Positions 25,353-37,423 of a DNA stretch of 64,000 nt are shown in pieces. The position numbers were made by a program, and so were the translations under genes. The first letter of the stretch is position 1, and each line of letters begins with the position of its first letter. The stretch comes from Parasitella parasitica NRRL 2501 (taxonomy: Eukaryota > Fungi > Mucoromycota). The DNA is taken from NCBI GenBank assembly GCA_025201805.1, contig MU619251.1:248001-312000 (forward strand), written 5' to 3'. Below the pieces are notes generated by a model. It saw nothing but the letters and a program-made list of their open reading frames with translations, ran no database searches and had not been told where the DNA came from.

Positions 25353-25746
25353 TAATAATAAAAAAAAAAGAAAAAAACTTATTCACTCAGCCTTTGAATT
25401 GTGCTTTCGCATCGGGCCACTCAACAGTTGTGCAGCTTTGCAAATACAAATTATTTGCTCTGAACAAGGATGGAGAATCATCATCATGAATAAGTTTTTT
25501 TTTTGTTAAAAGAAAAAGGAAAAAAAAGGGGGGGGGGGGAGGGAGGCTTTTGCTTTATACGAAAAGGTGTACCTATAGGGGATAAAACAACAGAGATGGC
25601 CCGACGTGTTGTTGTGCATCTGCTGAATAATGAAATGCTGCTGGCATCTTTCTGCCGGTAATTAGCCGTCCTCCTGTTGCAGTGGTGATCAGCAATCGCA
25701 AAGGCTCAGTCCAGGTTGTGTACATTTTTATTTTTACAACAATACC

Positions 25747-26808
25747 ATGAGCGAGCTATTATACTGCGAGAACCCTGAATGGAAAGACGTAACGCCTATA
25801 CCCCAAGATGATGGGCCAAATCCTCTTGTTCCTATTGCTTATGCCAAAGAATGTAGGTAAAAAATAAAAAAAAATGGACGCGGGCGACTTTGCAGCACAG
25901 GCTTACACTGTTTCTTCTCTGCACAGATGCCGATGCTATGGATTATTTCAGAGCAGTTACTCGTGCAAACGAAAAATCAGAGCGCGTATTGCAGCTTATC
26001 GAAGACATTATCGACATGAACCCTGCACACTACACTGTTTGGAACTACAGACAGCAAGTTTTGTTTTCGCTCAATGCAAACCTAGACAAAGAGCTTGATT
26101 ACATTGACGAGATTGCGGCTGACCAAGCCAAAAACTACCAAGTGTGGCATCATCGCCAAGTAGTTGTTGATCGACTGAACAAGGGCGACAGAGAGTTGCC
26201 CTTTATCAACTCAATCCTGGACGAGGACTCTAAAAACTACCACGGCTGGTCGTATAGGCAATGGGTGGTGAAGCGGTTCAACTTGTGGGACAGTGAGCTG
26301 TCGTACACGGACGACCTTTTGTTGCTTGACGTCCGAAACAACTCTGCTTGGAACTATCGCTACTATGTACAGTTTAATAACCCAAAGGCGCCTTCAGAAG
26401 AGCTGATTCAGTCTGAAATCAAATTCACAGAAAAGCAGATTTTGTTGGCCCCGAACAACTCGAGCAGCTGGGCCTATCTCAAAGCGTAAGTTTGTGTGGT
26501 TGCTATGTGCTGGATAAAAGGGTTAAAGGTCTTTGTTTAGGCTGCATGAAAAGACCGGCAAGCCTTTGCGCTTGATCGAGCCTTTCTTGAAACAACTCGT
26601 CGATGCTAAAGTGGAATCACCCTTCTTATTGTCAATGTACATTGACATTTACGAGCAGAATGCAAAGCAGCAGAATACAGTCATTGATCCAGCTGCTTTA
26701 GACATGTGCAATGTGCTGGCACAAAGAACGGACGCTATCCGTGAAAAATACTGGAACTATAGGCAAGGACTACTACACAGATTGAATAATGCTTCTGCCC
26801 AACATTAG
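25747..26808 (+). CDS. RAM2: Protein farnesyltransferase/geranylgeranyltransferase-I alpha subunit
   Basis: [26 protein letters not shown] repeats ([47 protein letters not shown]), and DAIREKYW. Two introns. Confidence 0.95.
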
Positions 26809-26972
26809 TCAACAGGAAAAGTTCTATAAATGTGCGTGTGAAATCTACAATTATTCTTTTCCCCGTTCCTTTGCATTTTGGTGTAATAAATACCTCTTCT
26901 CTCTTCAGTCTCTTCTTTACATCTATTTTTTNNNNNNNNNNNNNNNNNNNNNNNNNNNNNNNNNNNAAAGAA

Positions 26973-27915
26973 ATGATGCGTATTGCCGCTGTTCAATTTC
27001 ACATTGATCATAAAGACAAGCAAGTCAACTGGTCAAGAGCAGAAGAGTTTATGGCAAAAGCTGCCAAACAGAATGCCGACCTTATTGTATTTCCAGAGTA
27101 AGTAACCAATGCACAACATACATAAATACAATGCAGACATGTGTATAACAAACATCAGATACTTCATCGGTGGCCCTGGTAAGCACATGGTGGAAAAGAC
27201 TGCTCCCGGCGAAGCGGTCAACCACTTTAGTGCCCTGGCCAAAAAGTACCACATGGACATTGTTCCAGGCACCTTGACAGAGCGTGATCCCACGGACGGG
27301 CATGTATACAACACTGCTTACTATATTGACAAGTCGGGCCAAGTTTTGCTGTCTTACCGTAAGGTGCACTTGTGGCATCCTGAACGACAATACATGAAGA
27401 AGGGCGAGAATGGCTTTTCCACCGTCAGAAACAGATTTGGCATCGAGATTGGGCTCTGTATTTGTTGGGACATTGCCTTCTCTGAAGTCTTTAGAGAGCT
27501 GGCAATGAAGAGGAAGGCGCAATTGATCATCGCACCCGCTTATTGGAGTCTGGATGATGGCGGTGAATTAGCTATCGCTCAGGACCCGTTATCCGAGGCC
27601 AAAATGTTGAATTCTATCAGCACTGCTCGCTGCTTTGAAAACGGCATTGTTTTTGTGCTATGTAACCCTGCTAATGAAAGCGACGTCAAAAGAAAACAGC
27701 CCTATGGCAATATGGCCGGACGCACACAGATCACCGTTCCATTCAAAGGACCTATAGCCCACTGCGACCATGAGCGTGAAGAGATGATTGTTGTGGACGT
27801 TGACATCAGATCGCTCACGGATCATGCTGAAGAGGTCTACAAGGTTAGAAAAGATTGGGATGAGGGGTTGGTATACGGTGGCCATGCAAATTGCGGAAAA
27901 CCAAGCAAACTCTAG
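26973..27915 (+). CDS. Nitrilase/carbon-nitrogen hydrolase with peroxisomal PTS1 (SKL)
   Basis: RIAAVQ, catalytic triad Glu (VFPE), Lys (YRKVHLW) and Cys (ICWD). One intron at 27099-27158. Ends GKPSKL. Confidence 0.92.
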
Positions 27916-28008
27916 TATGAAAAATGTCTCCTGATGAAAACAACAAGTTCAGCAAAAAGACTGTAGATTCAAATAAAAACATGGTTTTCCAATTATCTAA
28001 TATTTTTG

Positions 28009-29499
28009 CTACTTTTTTAATGAGGCAAACTTTTCTATGGCTCCAGAAAAGCGAGCAACTCCTTCTCTTGCTTCTGCTTTTGTTAAAATAAGAGGAGGAA
28101 TAATACGAATTGTGCTGTTACCGGCTGTTACCAGCAGCAAACCTCTTTCTCTTGCGAATTTGATCATAGGTTCAGGGTCTTCAAAGAATTCTACCCCTAA
28201 CAATAAGCCCTCACCTCGGACTTCTTTGATAATTTCAGGATACTCGTCTTGTAAAGCTTTGAGATCACGGACAAGAGCATGGCTTGTTTCGTCTATTTTT
28301 CTGAGAAAATGGGGGCTTGTAATTCTATCTAAAACACCCAGTGCGACCGCCGCTGCTAGCGGGTTTCCACCGAATGTAGTTCCATGATCACCTACACGGT
28401 GCAATCAGTTTTGGATAGACTTACGCACATGCGTCACTGTTTGAAGATTCGTTACTTTACCTATTTTAATTGCTTCCACGACCTTGTCAGTAGTCATCAA
28501 CGCACCAATTGGTACGCCATTTGCTAATGGTTTCGCCATGGTAAGTATATCCGGCGTGCAGCTGTCATTGTAAAATTGATGGGCCCACATCTTTCCAGTT
28601 CTCCCTAAACCACACTGTAAAAAAAGACATTAGATTAATCCAGTCAATTGATAAAATCCTGGCAGGAAAATTACCTGGATTTCATCGAATATCAGCAGGC
28701 TGTTTGTCTGCGTGCACCTTTCCCTCAATACTTTGATAAACTCCTCATCCGCAACGTGAACACCGCCTTCACCTTGAATAGGTTCAACAATAACACCAGC
28801 AGTACGTTCATCCACCTCATGCAGTATTTCATATACATTATTGAAAGGCAGTACGCTCACATCAGGTACAAGTGGAGCATACGGATGCTGGTATTTCTTG
28901 TTTGGGGTAACTGATAAAGCACCCATTGACCTACCATGGAAAGCATTTTGAAAGCAGACCAGTTTCGTCTTGTTCTCTCCCCCGACCATTTTACCCCACT
29001 TGCGGGCAAACTTGAGAGCTGCTTCGTTTGCTTCTGTACCAGAATTGCACAAAAAGACTTTGTTGGCCCATTCCTTCTTGCTGTAAAGGTTTGTCGTTTC
29101 CACCAACTTTTCAGCCAACAGACTAGACTGAGTAGTATGGTAGAGATTACTGGTATGCACAAGTTTCTGAGCTTGATTGTATAGATCTTTTGCGACCTGA
29201 GGGTCGGCATGACCTAACGCATTGACAGCGATGCCCGCGGTGAAATCAAGATAAGCGCGATCATTGGCATCGTAAAGAAAACAGCCTTTGCCGTACTCGA
29301 AAACAATGTTGGGGCGATTATATAATGCGAGAGTGTATTTCTTGAGTCGATCAATAGTATCAAATGAAGATTGTGGTACTTGATTGTCCGGATGCGTTAT
29401 CTCGGTAGTAGCTTTTGGAAGAGTGGCAATTGATCTTGTTGTAGACTGACCAAGTCGACAACAAGTGACAGGTCGTTTGAGGAAAGCTGAAGAGAACAT
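28009..29499 (-). CDS. ARG8: Acetylornithine aminotransferase, mitochondrial
   Basis: [53 protein letters not shown]|CGLGRTG, PLP lysine in [18 protein letters not shown]. Two introns. Confidence 0.95.
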
Positions 29500-29581
29500 G
29501 ATTGATGAGGTGCAAGAAAATTGAACGGCTCATCGTAAAATTTTCGTATTTTTATATTGAACGAAATTCTAAAACCTTTGA

Positions 29582-29583
29582 TT

Positions 29584-29644
<61 letters not shown>

Positions 29645-29658
29645 TTTTTTTTTTTTTG
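29582..29658. repeat. Long poly(T) tract next to a small assembly gap
   Basis: About 55 plus 15 T residues, followed by N run 29690-29705. Confidence 0.85.
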
Positions 29659-31072
29659 GTTGTTTATGCTTGTAAGAGAAACACACGAANNNNNNNNNNN
29701 NNNNNCATTGGTTTGATGTCAGTTATATGCCTCTGACACCCATTAGTCTTTTTCTTGAAATGTAGTTGCGAAGGTTTGTGCTGACACTAGTCCCTAGTCA
29801 ACTGTATATGTTTGTATGCACATTACCCGTCCTAGCATTTCATTTGATATGAGCATTTTTAGCTTGACATATGATTGTCAAATTACCCTTTAAAACCGCG
29901 TAACATTCATTTTTGATACTATCGCTACCAAGCGCGGTGAATTTTTGCAAACAGCAGTGAACTACAATGCCACAGTGACACGGTAATAACAAATTGTATT
30001 GACTTCTTAAGCCAGCAACGTGACATTTGACGGGAGAAAACAGTATGTATAAGGTCTATTGCTCATTCGCTCGGATTTACACTGCTTTAAATAAAATGTT
30101 TCGATGACGATGAACTGACAACGAGGCCAATGCGACACCAAGCTGAAATAAAAATAATCAAACTAATGAAGCAAAAGTATAGCATAGGCGCCTCAATAAT
30201 CAAGAAATTGCGTACAAAAAGTAAATAGAGCCTGAGGTGGGATATGCTCTGCTTGAAAATATATACAACCTTCATGTCACTACAGTAAAGCATCATCACA
30301 AAGCATATAATACGGTATGCTAAATCAAAAATGAACCATCTGATCGGATAGGTATACAATGTCAGAAGAGAAAAAGTTCCAAACTAATTTAAATGGATAA
30401 ACAATTAATTTTGTGGATGTAACCTTCCAAATTTGTCGGATGTATCTACACATTCGTCTTGTCATTTGACATGTTCTTTACATTTCTGAAGAACCAGCCG
30501 ACATTATAAAGGGGTATAATAGCAAATAAGTTTGATCAATTTATATACCTAAAATACTCTTTGTCAAGACATGGGATCTTGCATCTGCAATTGATACATA
30601 ACCATCACCCACATCCAGTTTGCAACGCTGTGGAAGACGACTATTCGGTAGTTGAACTCCCACGGTAGTCTGTTAAAATGGTTGCACAAAATCATTTTAC
30701 ATTTTGCTTTGTTTGGTTTGTTTGTTCACTGTCTTACTTTTTCAATGCAAATCCGATTTTTTGTTATTCTGTTTGTCCAAAATGTGACTCCAGCACAATG
30801 GCAATCTTCACACGTTATGCAGAGAAGCCACACAATAATGCTGTGCAAGCAATCTTAGCGCCATGGATACTAAAAAGAGAAAAAACGAGGGGTAAAAAAG
30901 AGGTCAACCAAACATAATCCGGGGAAAACAGGGACCCAATCATTCAAATGCCTAAAAGTGTAGAGGTATAAAATGGAAGAGAAAATTTTTCTTGACCCCT
31001 TCCCCACTCTTTACATTTCTCTCTTTTTCTATACTTTCTTTTTTTTTATTATTATTATTTTTAGCTTGAATC

Positions 31073-31522
31073 ATGATGGATTATCATCATACTACAAACA
31101 CAAGTCATCCTTATAGTGCTTCTTGCGGCTATTGCCATCACGATGAAATTACACATTATACTTTTGGTGAAGATTCAAGTATGACTAGTTCGCTTTTCGT
31201 AAATACCATTGTAAATCAACCAAAGGAAGAGCCCTATCGCTACTATTATCTGCTCAATTTAATGACTGCGCCTGATATGAGTGCCTATTTATCAGTGGCA
31301 AACGATGATATCTATGCTTTGCCTATTCATTTGCAAAAGCTAATCATTGAAGCTAAAGAAGAAATTACGTTGAGCCATGTTGAAAAGCCAGCTCAAATGC
31401 GATTACAAAAAGTTAGAAATCACATCTGGAGACGATCGGATGGGGATTTTGCTATTTTGATGAATCTGTTGATTGAACTCGTCTCTGATGAAGATGAATT
31501 AGAGGATTTATTGAGAATGTAA
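31073..31522 (+). CDS. Hypothetical protein, 149 aa
   Basis: ATG ORF preceded by TATAAAA (~30967) and a pyrimidine-rich leader, with an A-rich 3' region. No family recognised. Confidence 0.6.
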   Translation: MMDYHHTTNTSHPYSASCGYCHHDEITHYTFGEDSSMTSSLFVNTIVNQPKEEPYRYYYLLNLMTAPDMSAYLSVANDDIYALPIHLQKLIIEAKEEITLSHVEKPAQMRLQKVRNHIWRRSDGDFAILMNLLIELVSDEDELEDLLRM

Positions 31523-31672
31523 AAAAATCCCAACTCTCGTTCTGTTCTCCATTGTATATACACCTCTTACCCAAGTACACTTTCTCTCCTTATACCATCA
31601 CCATGATAACGATAACAATAAAAACAAAAATAAAAAAAACAAATAAAAAATGAAACTTAAAATGCTATTTAT

Positions 31673-32419
31673 TCAGCTCTTCTTTTCTTGGATCATACGT
31701 TTTCTTGTATCAATTACTAGTTGAGTAACATCTATTCCTAATTGGGTCCAGCTAATTTCGCCTGGTTGTGGACCTGCGGCACTTGGTCTACGTTCACCCG
31801 CTTTGACCCGCTGAGCATATTCCGGGGTAGGATTATCTAGCCATTCGCTCAACTCCTCATAATTATAAAGGTTGGCTTTATAGAACATGTGGAGAAACCC
31901 ACCCAGTAGTGGGATGCAGGTGAATGCAAAATCAATAGTAATATTACACATCATACGCAGGATGAGCCAAAGGGGGATGCCAAAAGTAGTGGATAAATAG
32001 ACTTTTTGTTGCCTCTGATTAGTTGCTGTTCAAAACATAAATACAAGTTATTCACTTACTTTGATACAACGATAAAAACCATCCCAAAAAGCCTCCAATG
32101 ACAGGAATAAAGCCCTGCGAAAAACTTGTATCAAAACTTGGACAAATCATTGTCTAAATAATTTTACCAAAACGGTATCAACGCCAATAGGTATAGGGGA
32201 ATATGGAATAGCGTTATCCAGACCGTTTGCAATTCTACTGACTTTTTCTAGCAGTTTTTTGCGCTGATTTTCAGTCATTCTTTTTGGCGGGACCGATTGA
32301 TCGAGATATGGGTGCTTTTTTTCAAGGCTGCTTAAATGTTTAATGCCCTGTTTTCTGACTTTTTCAGCGAGCTGAGGCACATGTAAGCCAATAGCTATTT
32401 TCTTTTCAACATACTCCAT
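31673..32419 (-). CDS. DUF4112 domain membrane protein
   Basis: Three exons give IANGLDNAIPYSPIPIGVDTVL|GFIPVIGGFLG..YQ|IYLSTTFGIP..RMMCNITIDFAFTCIPLLGGFLHMFYKAN. Confidence 0.85.
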
Positions 32420-32507
32420 CTATAAATTGTACAAGTTGTTCAAAAAAAAAAAAAAAAAGGAAAGAGAGAACTATTTATTTGTTTGTAATAAAAGAGGTTT
32501 CATGTCG

Positions 32508-33971
32508 CTAAACCGTCTTTTTGTTGGTATTTGTATTACTACCAAGCAATTCTTGATCAGTTTCACGCTCAACCAATTTTGCTCTGCGGCACCAGCGGCG
32601 TCTTCTTGTAAATGTCTGCATACCAGGCGTGCCACTTAATTGTTTCCACGAATTATTGCCATATTCCCAACCGTTGTGATCTATTTTTCCAGTCATCTCT
32701 CCAGTCATGTCCACCCACCAGTCTCCATCAGCCCAACTCCACACCTTGTTGATGGTTCGTTCAACAGATCTTCCTTCTTTACTAATGATCGCTGTCTTGA
32801 TGGTGGGCTCGGGTAACTCAAATTCTTCTTTGGCAGGGATCGCTTTTAGCTGATTATCTGTCCATGGCCCTCTTTCACTTGGCATCATGTTGGTCGTCCA
32901 ATTAACGCCCAACCACCATCTTTGATTCTCGTAGACTTCAAATTGAAACATCATTTCACTGCGCGTACCCTTATTTCCATCTTGTTCTAATTCTTTCTTG
33001 CTTTCAATAACTTTCAGCGCCTTTGATTTTTCAGACTTGGCTCGAGTCATCATAGACGAGATCCAGTTCTTTACAAGAGTCCTCCTTTTTTGTTTTTTGA
33101 TTTTTGATGTTGATGCTCTCTTGGGGTTGAATAATGCTAACGATGTGGTGATAAACGCAACGCCGTAAGCCCAAGCAGCAGCCAAAACGTGCTTCAATAC
33201 AACGTTATTGCGCAATGACATGGAAATAATGCTGAACCAAGGAGATGGACTTACAAGCAACAATGCACCGGCAATGGCAAATATCAAATGAGCTCCAGCA
33301 GCCCAGCAAATCAAGATCCACAAAGGCCAGGAGTACATCAAGAAACTAAGACAACTGATAGCTATGTCAGCACGAGATCCATCTACATGATTCAGGAATC
33401 TTTTGATTTGCAAGTGAACGTGATCAATAAAAGCATTGACAACGGCCAAGTCTTCCAATGTATCGTCCAGCGACACTTCCCCCTCGGGTCGAATTTTACG
33501 ACTGATTAATTCGTTTTCTTCCTCCCTCTGCTGCTCTAATCGAAGCTGGGTAATTCTCTCATCATCGCTGTAGTCTTCTTCCAACTGTTCTTCACGCTTT
33601 GTACGTTGTTCTCGGCGCTTCATCTCCAAGGCTTCTCTACGGCTTTTACTTGTCTTGACGAATAACCAGTCGCGAGCCAATTTGTACACGACAAGGATAG
33701 GCAATCCAAACGCTAAGCATTGCCACGTCCAGAGACACAGACATATCCAAACCAATACTACAAGCACAGATTGGCGGGGCTGTCTGGTGCGCCACATGAG
33801 GATGTCCACGATTTTGGCTGTGCTTTGCAATGTAGGGCCTAAAACTACTAGTAATTTCAGTATAGGTGTTGGTATCTGGTCCAACGTTTGCACTTTGTAT
33901 GGCGATGAGAAGCTCAATGTGTTTTTGCTACGGCTATAATTGGTATCTGATGTTGCTGTTGATTGAGACAT
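32508..33971 (-). CDS. Pex24p-family peroxin (Pex28-32-like; reticulon-like TMs plus dysferlin domain)
   Basis: Hydrophobic segments, then FEVYENQRWWLGVNWT, WSWADGDWWVD, GWEY, and FTRRRRWCRRA. Confidence 0.9.
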   Translation of the reverse strand: MSQSTATSDTNYSRSKNTLSFSSPYKVQTLDQIPTPILKLLVVLGPTLQSTAKIVDILMWRTRQPRQSVLVVLVWICLCLWTWQCLAFGLPILVVYKLARDWLFVKTSKSRREALEMKRREQRTKREEQLEEDYSDDERITQLRLEQQREEENELISRKIRPEGEVSLDDTLEDLAVVNAFIDHVHLQIKRFLNHVDGSRADIAISCLSFLMYSWPLWILICWAAGAHLIFAIAGALLLVSPSPWFSIISMSLRNNVVLKHVLAAAWAYGVAFITTSLALFNPKRASTSKIKKQKRRTLVKNWISSMMTRAKSEKSKALKVIESKKELEQDGNKGTRSEMMFQFEVYENQRWWLGVNWTTNMMPSERGPWTDNQLKAIPAKEEFELPEPTIKTAIISKEGRSVERTINKVWSWADGDWWVDMTGEMTGKIDHNGWEYGNNSWKQLSGTPGMQTFTRRRRWCRRAKLVERETDQELLGSNTNTNKKTV

Positions 33972-34656
33972 ATTTATGATGATGGAAGAAAAAGAAATGC
34001 CTTTTTTTTTTCTTTCTTTCTCGCTCTCGCTCCCTCTCTCTCTTTTCTCTCTCTCGTTTGTCTAAATCAAAATTGACTTGCATGTGATAAAGGACCTCTC
34101 TCATGACGTAATTTTTAATTGGCTTACTTTGATGTTTGGTGTGAAGAAGAGGCTGCATAAATACCGCGACGCCGAGACGTCAAAAAGGATTATCATGTAG
34201 TAAAAGTTTATGAATAGGAGCTGCCATATCTGTAAGTATTTATTCTGAGAAGAGAAAACATTGAAAGAATATCTCTAGTCAATGCAGTCGCAATCAAGCA
34301 TTTTGCTTGTGCGCCTATCGTCTTTATTCTGGATGTAGGTTGCGGGGATCGCGAGATGGTGCAGACGTATAGAGAACAAGAGTATATTTCGCTAAAACAG
34401 CATGCAAAAGAAATGAATGGAAACGCAGCTCTGAAATTTCACTGCTGCTTGAGATTTACATCTTCTAGAGCCATGTATAGTATACATACCAAGCTACCGC
34501 GACAAACCTATTACTGATCCATCGTGAAAAAACTCTTTTTTCTAGAATAAATAAAATGTATATTTCTTTTTCGTAGTGTATTTGATAATAGAGGCATTAT
34601 GTACAAAAGAGATGACTTGGGTAGTATATGATATTATTCACGTCTTTCTAATTTGA

Positions 34657-35813
34657 TTAGAGGTTTTTCCAATCGTCTAATTTCTTTACGACCATCTCGT
34701 ATGTGAGAATCGTCATTGCAGAAGAAGGTACAGTTCGAACCAAATTTGTCGACAAGCCTTTGTAAAATCCACGGATTCCTTCCTCCCTGGACATAACCTC
34801 GATCGCATGTAATATCCCCTCGTATTTGTACGGTTTTCTAGTTTGATTCTGTAAGCGTGTTCGGATTACTTCGTGCGGGTATGTGGCCAAACTTGCTGCC
34901 ATCTTGGACAGTGCAGACGCCAACAATATGGAGGAGGATCCAGATGTAATGTCTCGATCTACGTCTAATTGATATCATGAATTAGCCAAGCTTGCCGTTT
35001 CAAATTCTTGGTATACTTACGAAATGCTACTTTCAGCTTTTCGTACAATGGGAATTGTACGGCGACATGGCTGATGCCGATAAGCGATGGCCCCAGTCCT
35101 TTGTAAAATCCTCTAAACCCTTCTTCCTTTGCAATTGTGAAAAAGGCGTGCAAAGTGTTTTTATATCTATAAGGCGTTCTTTCATTTTGTGTCTAAGTAA
35201 AAGTCGAATTTGCGTCAATGAACACTGTGTATCCATCAATCGCTCTTTTTCTTACCATCAGTCTGGTCTTTATGACCCATAAAGGGTTGGTTAGCATTGT
35301 AGAGGCGGCGCCAGCTGACATTGCAGAGCTGATGTGTAATAACCATTCTTTGTCGTGCCCTACAATGTACACTTAGCACATGCAATCGCCCTCATAATTG
35401 CTATAATACAAGATTTTACCTAATTCATCAGCCCAATGGCTTTTGCAATAATCATATGCTGTGAAATAAATAGCCCATGTTGGCAAATAACCTAAAACTG
35501 TTGGACCTAAACCTCGATATAACCCGCGAATGCCTTCTTCCTGCCAAATTCGAGACAAGGTTCCAACTGTGCCTTTATATAGTTTTTCTCCGGGCTTTGC
35601 AATGCTTTGATTCTGCAGTCTTGTCTTTGCTACATCCAGAGGACAAGTTACTATAGATGAAACAATGCCTGCGCCTGCGCCTGCGATTGAGTGCTTCAAA
35701 TTTTCATGACTTTGACTATTGACGATGGTTTGATTATTTGTTAAGTTTACAGTAAAACTACATGATTGATCTTACGCGAATTCTTTCCACCAGTTGACGG
35801 CTGCTGTGCCCAT
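34657..35813 (-). CDS. Mitochondrial carrier, NAD+ transporter (Ndt1/Yia6-like)
   Basis: Three carrier signatures: CPLDVAKTRLQ, NPLWVIKTR and YPHEVIRTRLQ. Also LGYLPTWAIYF and HVAVQFPLYE. First exon MGTAAVNWWKEF at 35813. Confidence 0.92.
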
Positions 35814-35825
35814 AGCAATATTTGT

Positions 35826-35868
<43 letters not shown>

Positions 35869-37423
35869 TAAAAATTAATTAAATCAAGCTTGTTATGTTA
35901 TAAATAATGTTGGATGTTGAGTGCTGGATCTTTCTGCCTCCCTCTTTATTTCGTCCCTTTTTTATCTTTTAATATATGCGGTATCAAATATAAAAATAGC
36001 AAGGTGTAAGCAGTAGGTATTGGATCAGTTATCAAAAAGGGATTTTCGGAAACTCAGGGTATCGAGGAAAAAAAAACTGATTTCAAATCGTCTTGTGGGA
36101 AGAAAAAGAAGCCCTATACCTTTTACTGATGCGGGGGAAATTTATATTGACATTCAGGTGCAAAATTCACGTCACCGTGTTGAAGGAAAACCTTCTGTTG
36201 ATTCAAAAACCAAGGTATCTCCTATATACAACGAGATGTCTTTCTTGAGCTGTAAACAGACTTTATTTTTCAGCTTATGGGAGATGATGGTTTCTATAAC
36301 AAATTGTGATGGCAATACACAAGTTTGGTAATAGAGTAGCACTTTACAGAGATTATTAATATCAAGTCCCACTGAATATATGGCATTAAACATATATGAT
36401 CTTGAGGGAAGGTCTCATCACTATATACACAAGATGAATTCTTTGTTTCGATTTACAATATTGGATTATTGACAAAACAGCTGTAATGTATTTTAAGAGA
36501 GTTTTTCTTCCAGTTCGGGAATCTTGTGTGGAAACGCAAAGATCCTCCGATTGTTCCCATTGACAGCAAGTTGTTTTATTGAACAGATATCCATCCGCTG
36601 AAACATGGTGTTGATAACATTTTTAAACGCAAGCAGTGACCAGTGTTCAAAATCGCATGTGATTTGGGATTGAGCCATATTAGGAACTGTATTGAAAGTT
36701 CATGTAGAAGAAAAAGAAAGGAAAGTATAGAAAAATAAAAGGATTCAACAAAATTGAAGAGGTCCATATTTTAAATTGAAATACATTGCAGCAGTGATAC
36801 CGTATATTGACGTTGTTGCAAAAAATAAGAACCAGGATGCTATATATACTCACTCTGTTGACGGCTCACTCTTTTTAACTCAATTTTAACACTTCAATAT
36901 GTCAATAATGCCAATTTATTTATATGAGCCGACCAACTTTATTTGTTGCTACGGTAGTAACACAGATTTGAGCGGGAATCAGTCTTGTCAATTAGTAATC
37001 TAAATGAGCCGCCATAAATTTATGTAAATAGCAGATGCAATTTCGATCTTAAATAAAGCATCATAAAGTTTTCATATCTCGGTATCCTTTAGTTTTTATC
37101 TTTTTGTTTCTAACAGAGACCGTAACGGAAAAAACTATTAGGTGATAGCATCTTATCACTATCGATGCACAGGATGAAAATCAGACATACCAAATATTTG
37201 GGACCGTGTTGTGTTAGTGGATAAAATCCGCTTTATTTTGGTGTAGATATAGCTGCCAAAATATTACGCTATTCAGCGTCAGTGAGATATTGTACCGACT
37301 CATGTCTGACACAATCATTTAATATACTAGTAGTAAAATAGGATGCTATGTAATACTTGTAGGAATTGATAATGTAGATGTAACAAAAAGAGAAGAGGAG
37401 AAATTTCATATATCATGGATATA

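Noticed and set aside
3312-35813. A peroxisome/CoA metabolic gene cluster (Nudix, PCCB, nitrilase, peroxin, NAD carrier)
   Set aside because: The genes are dispersed among unrelated housekeeping genes, target different compartments, and share no visible regulatory motif.
36020-36767. Short ORFs upstream of the NAD carrier gene
   Set aside because: Fragmented with no recognisable motif. Possibly decayed sequence, but not supportable.
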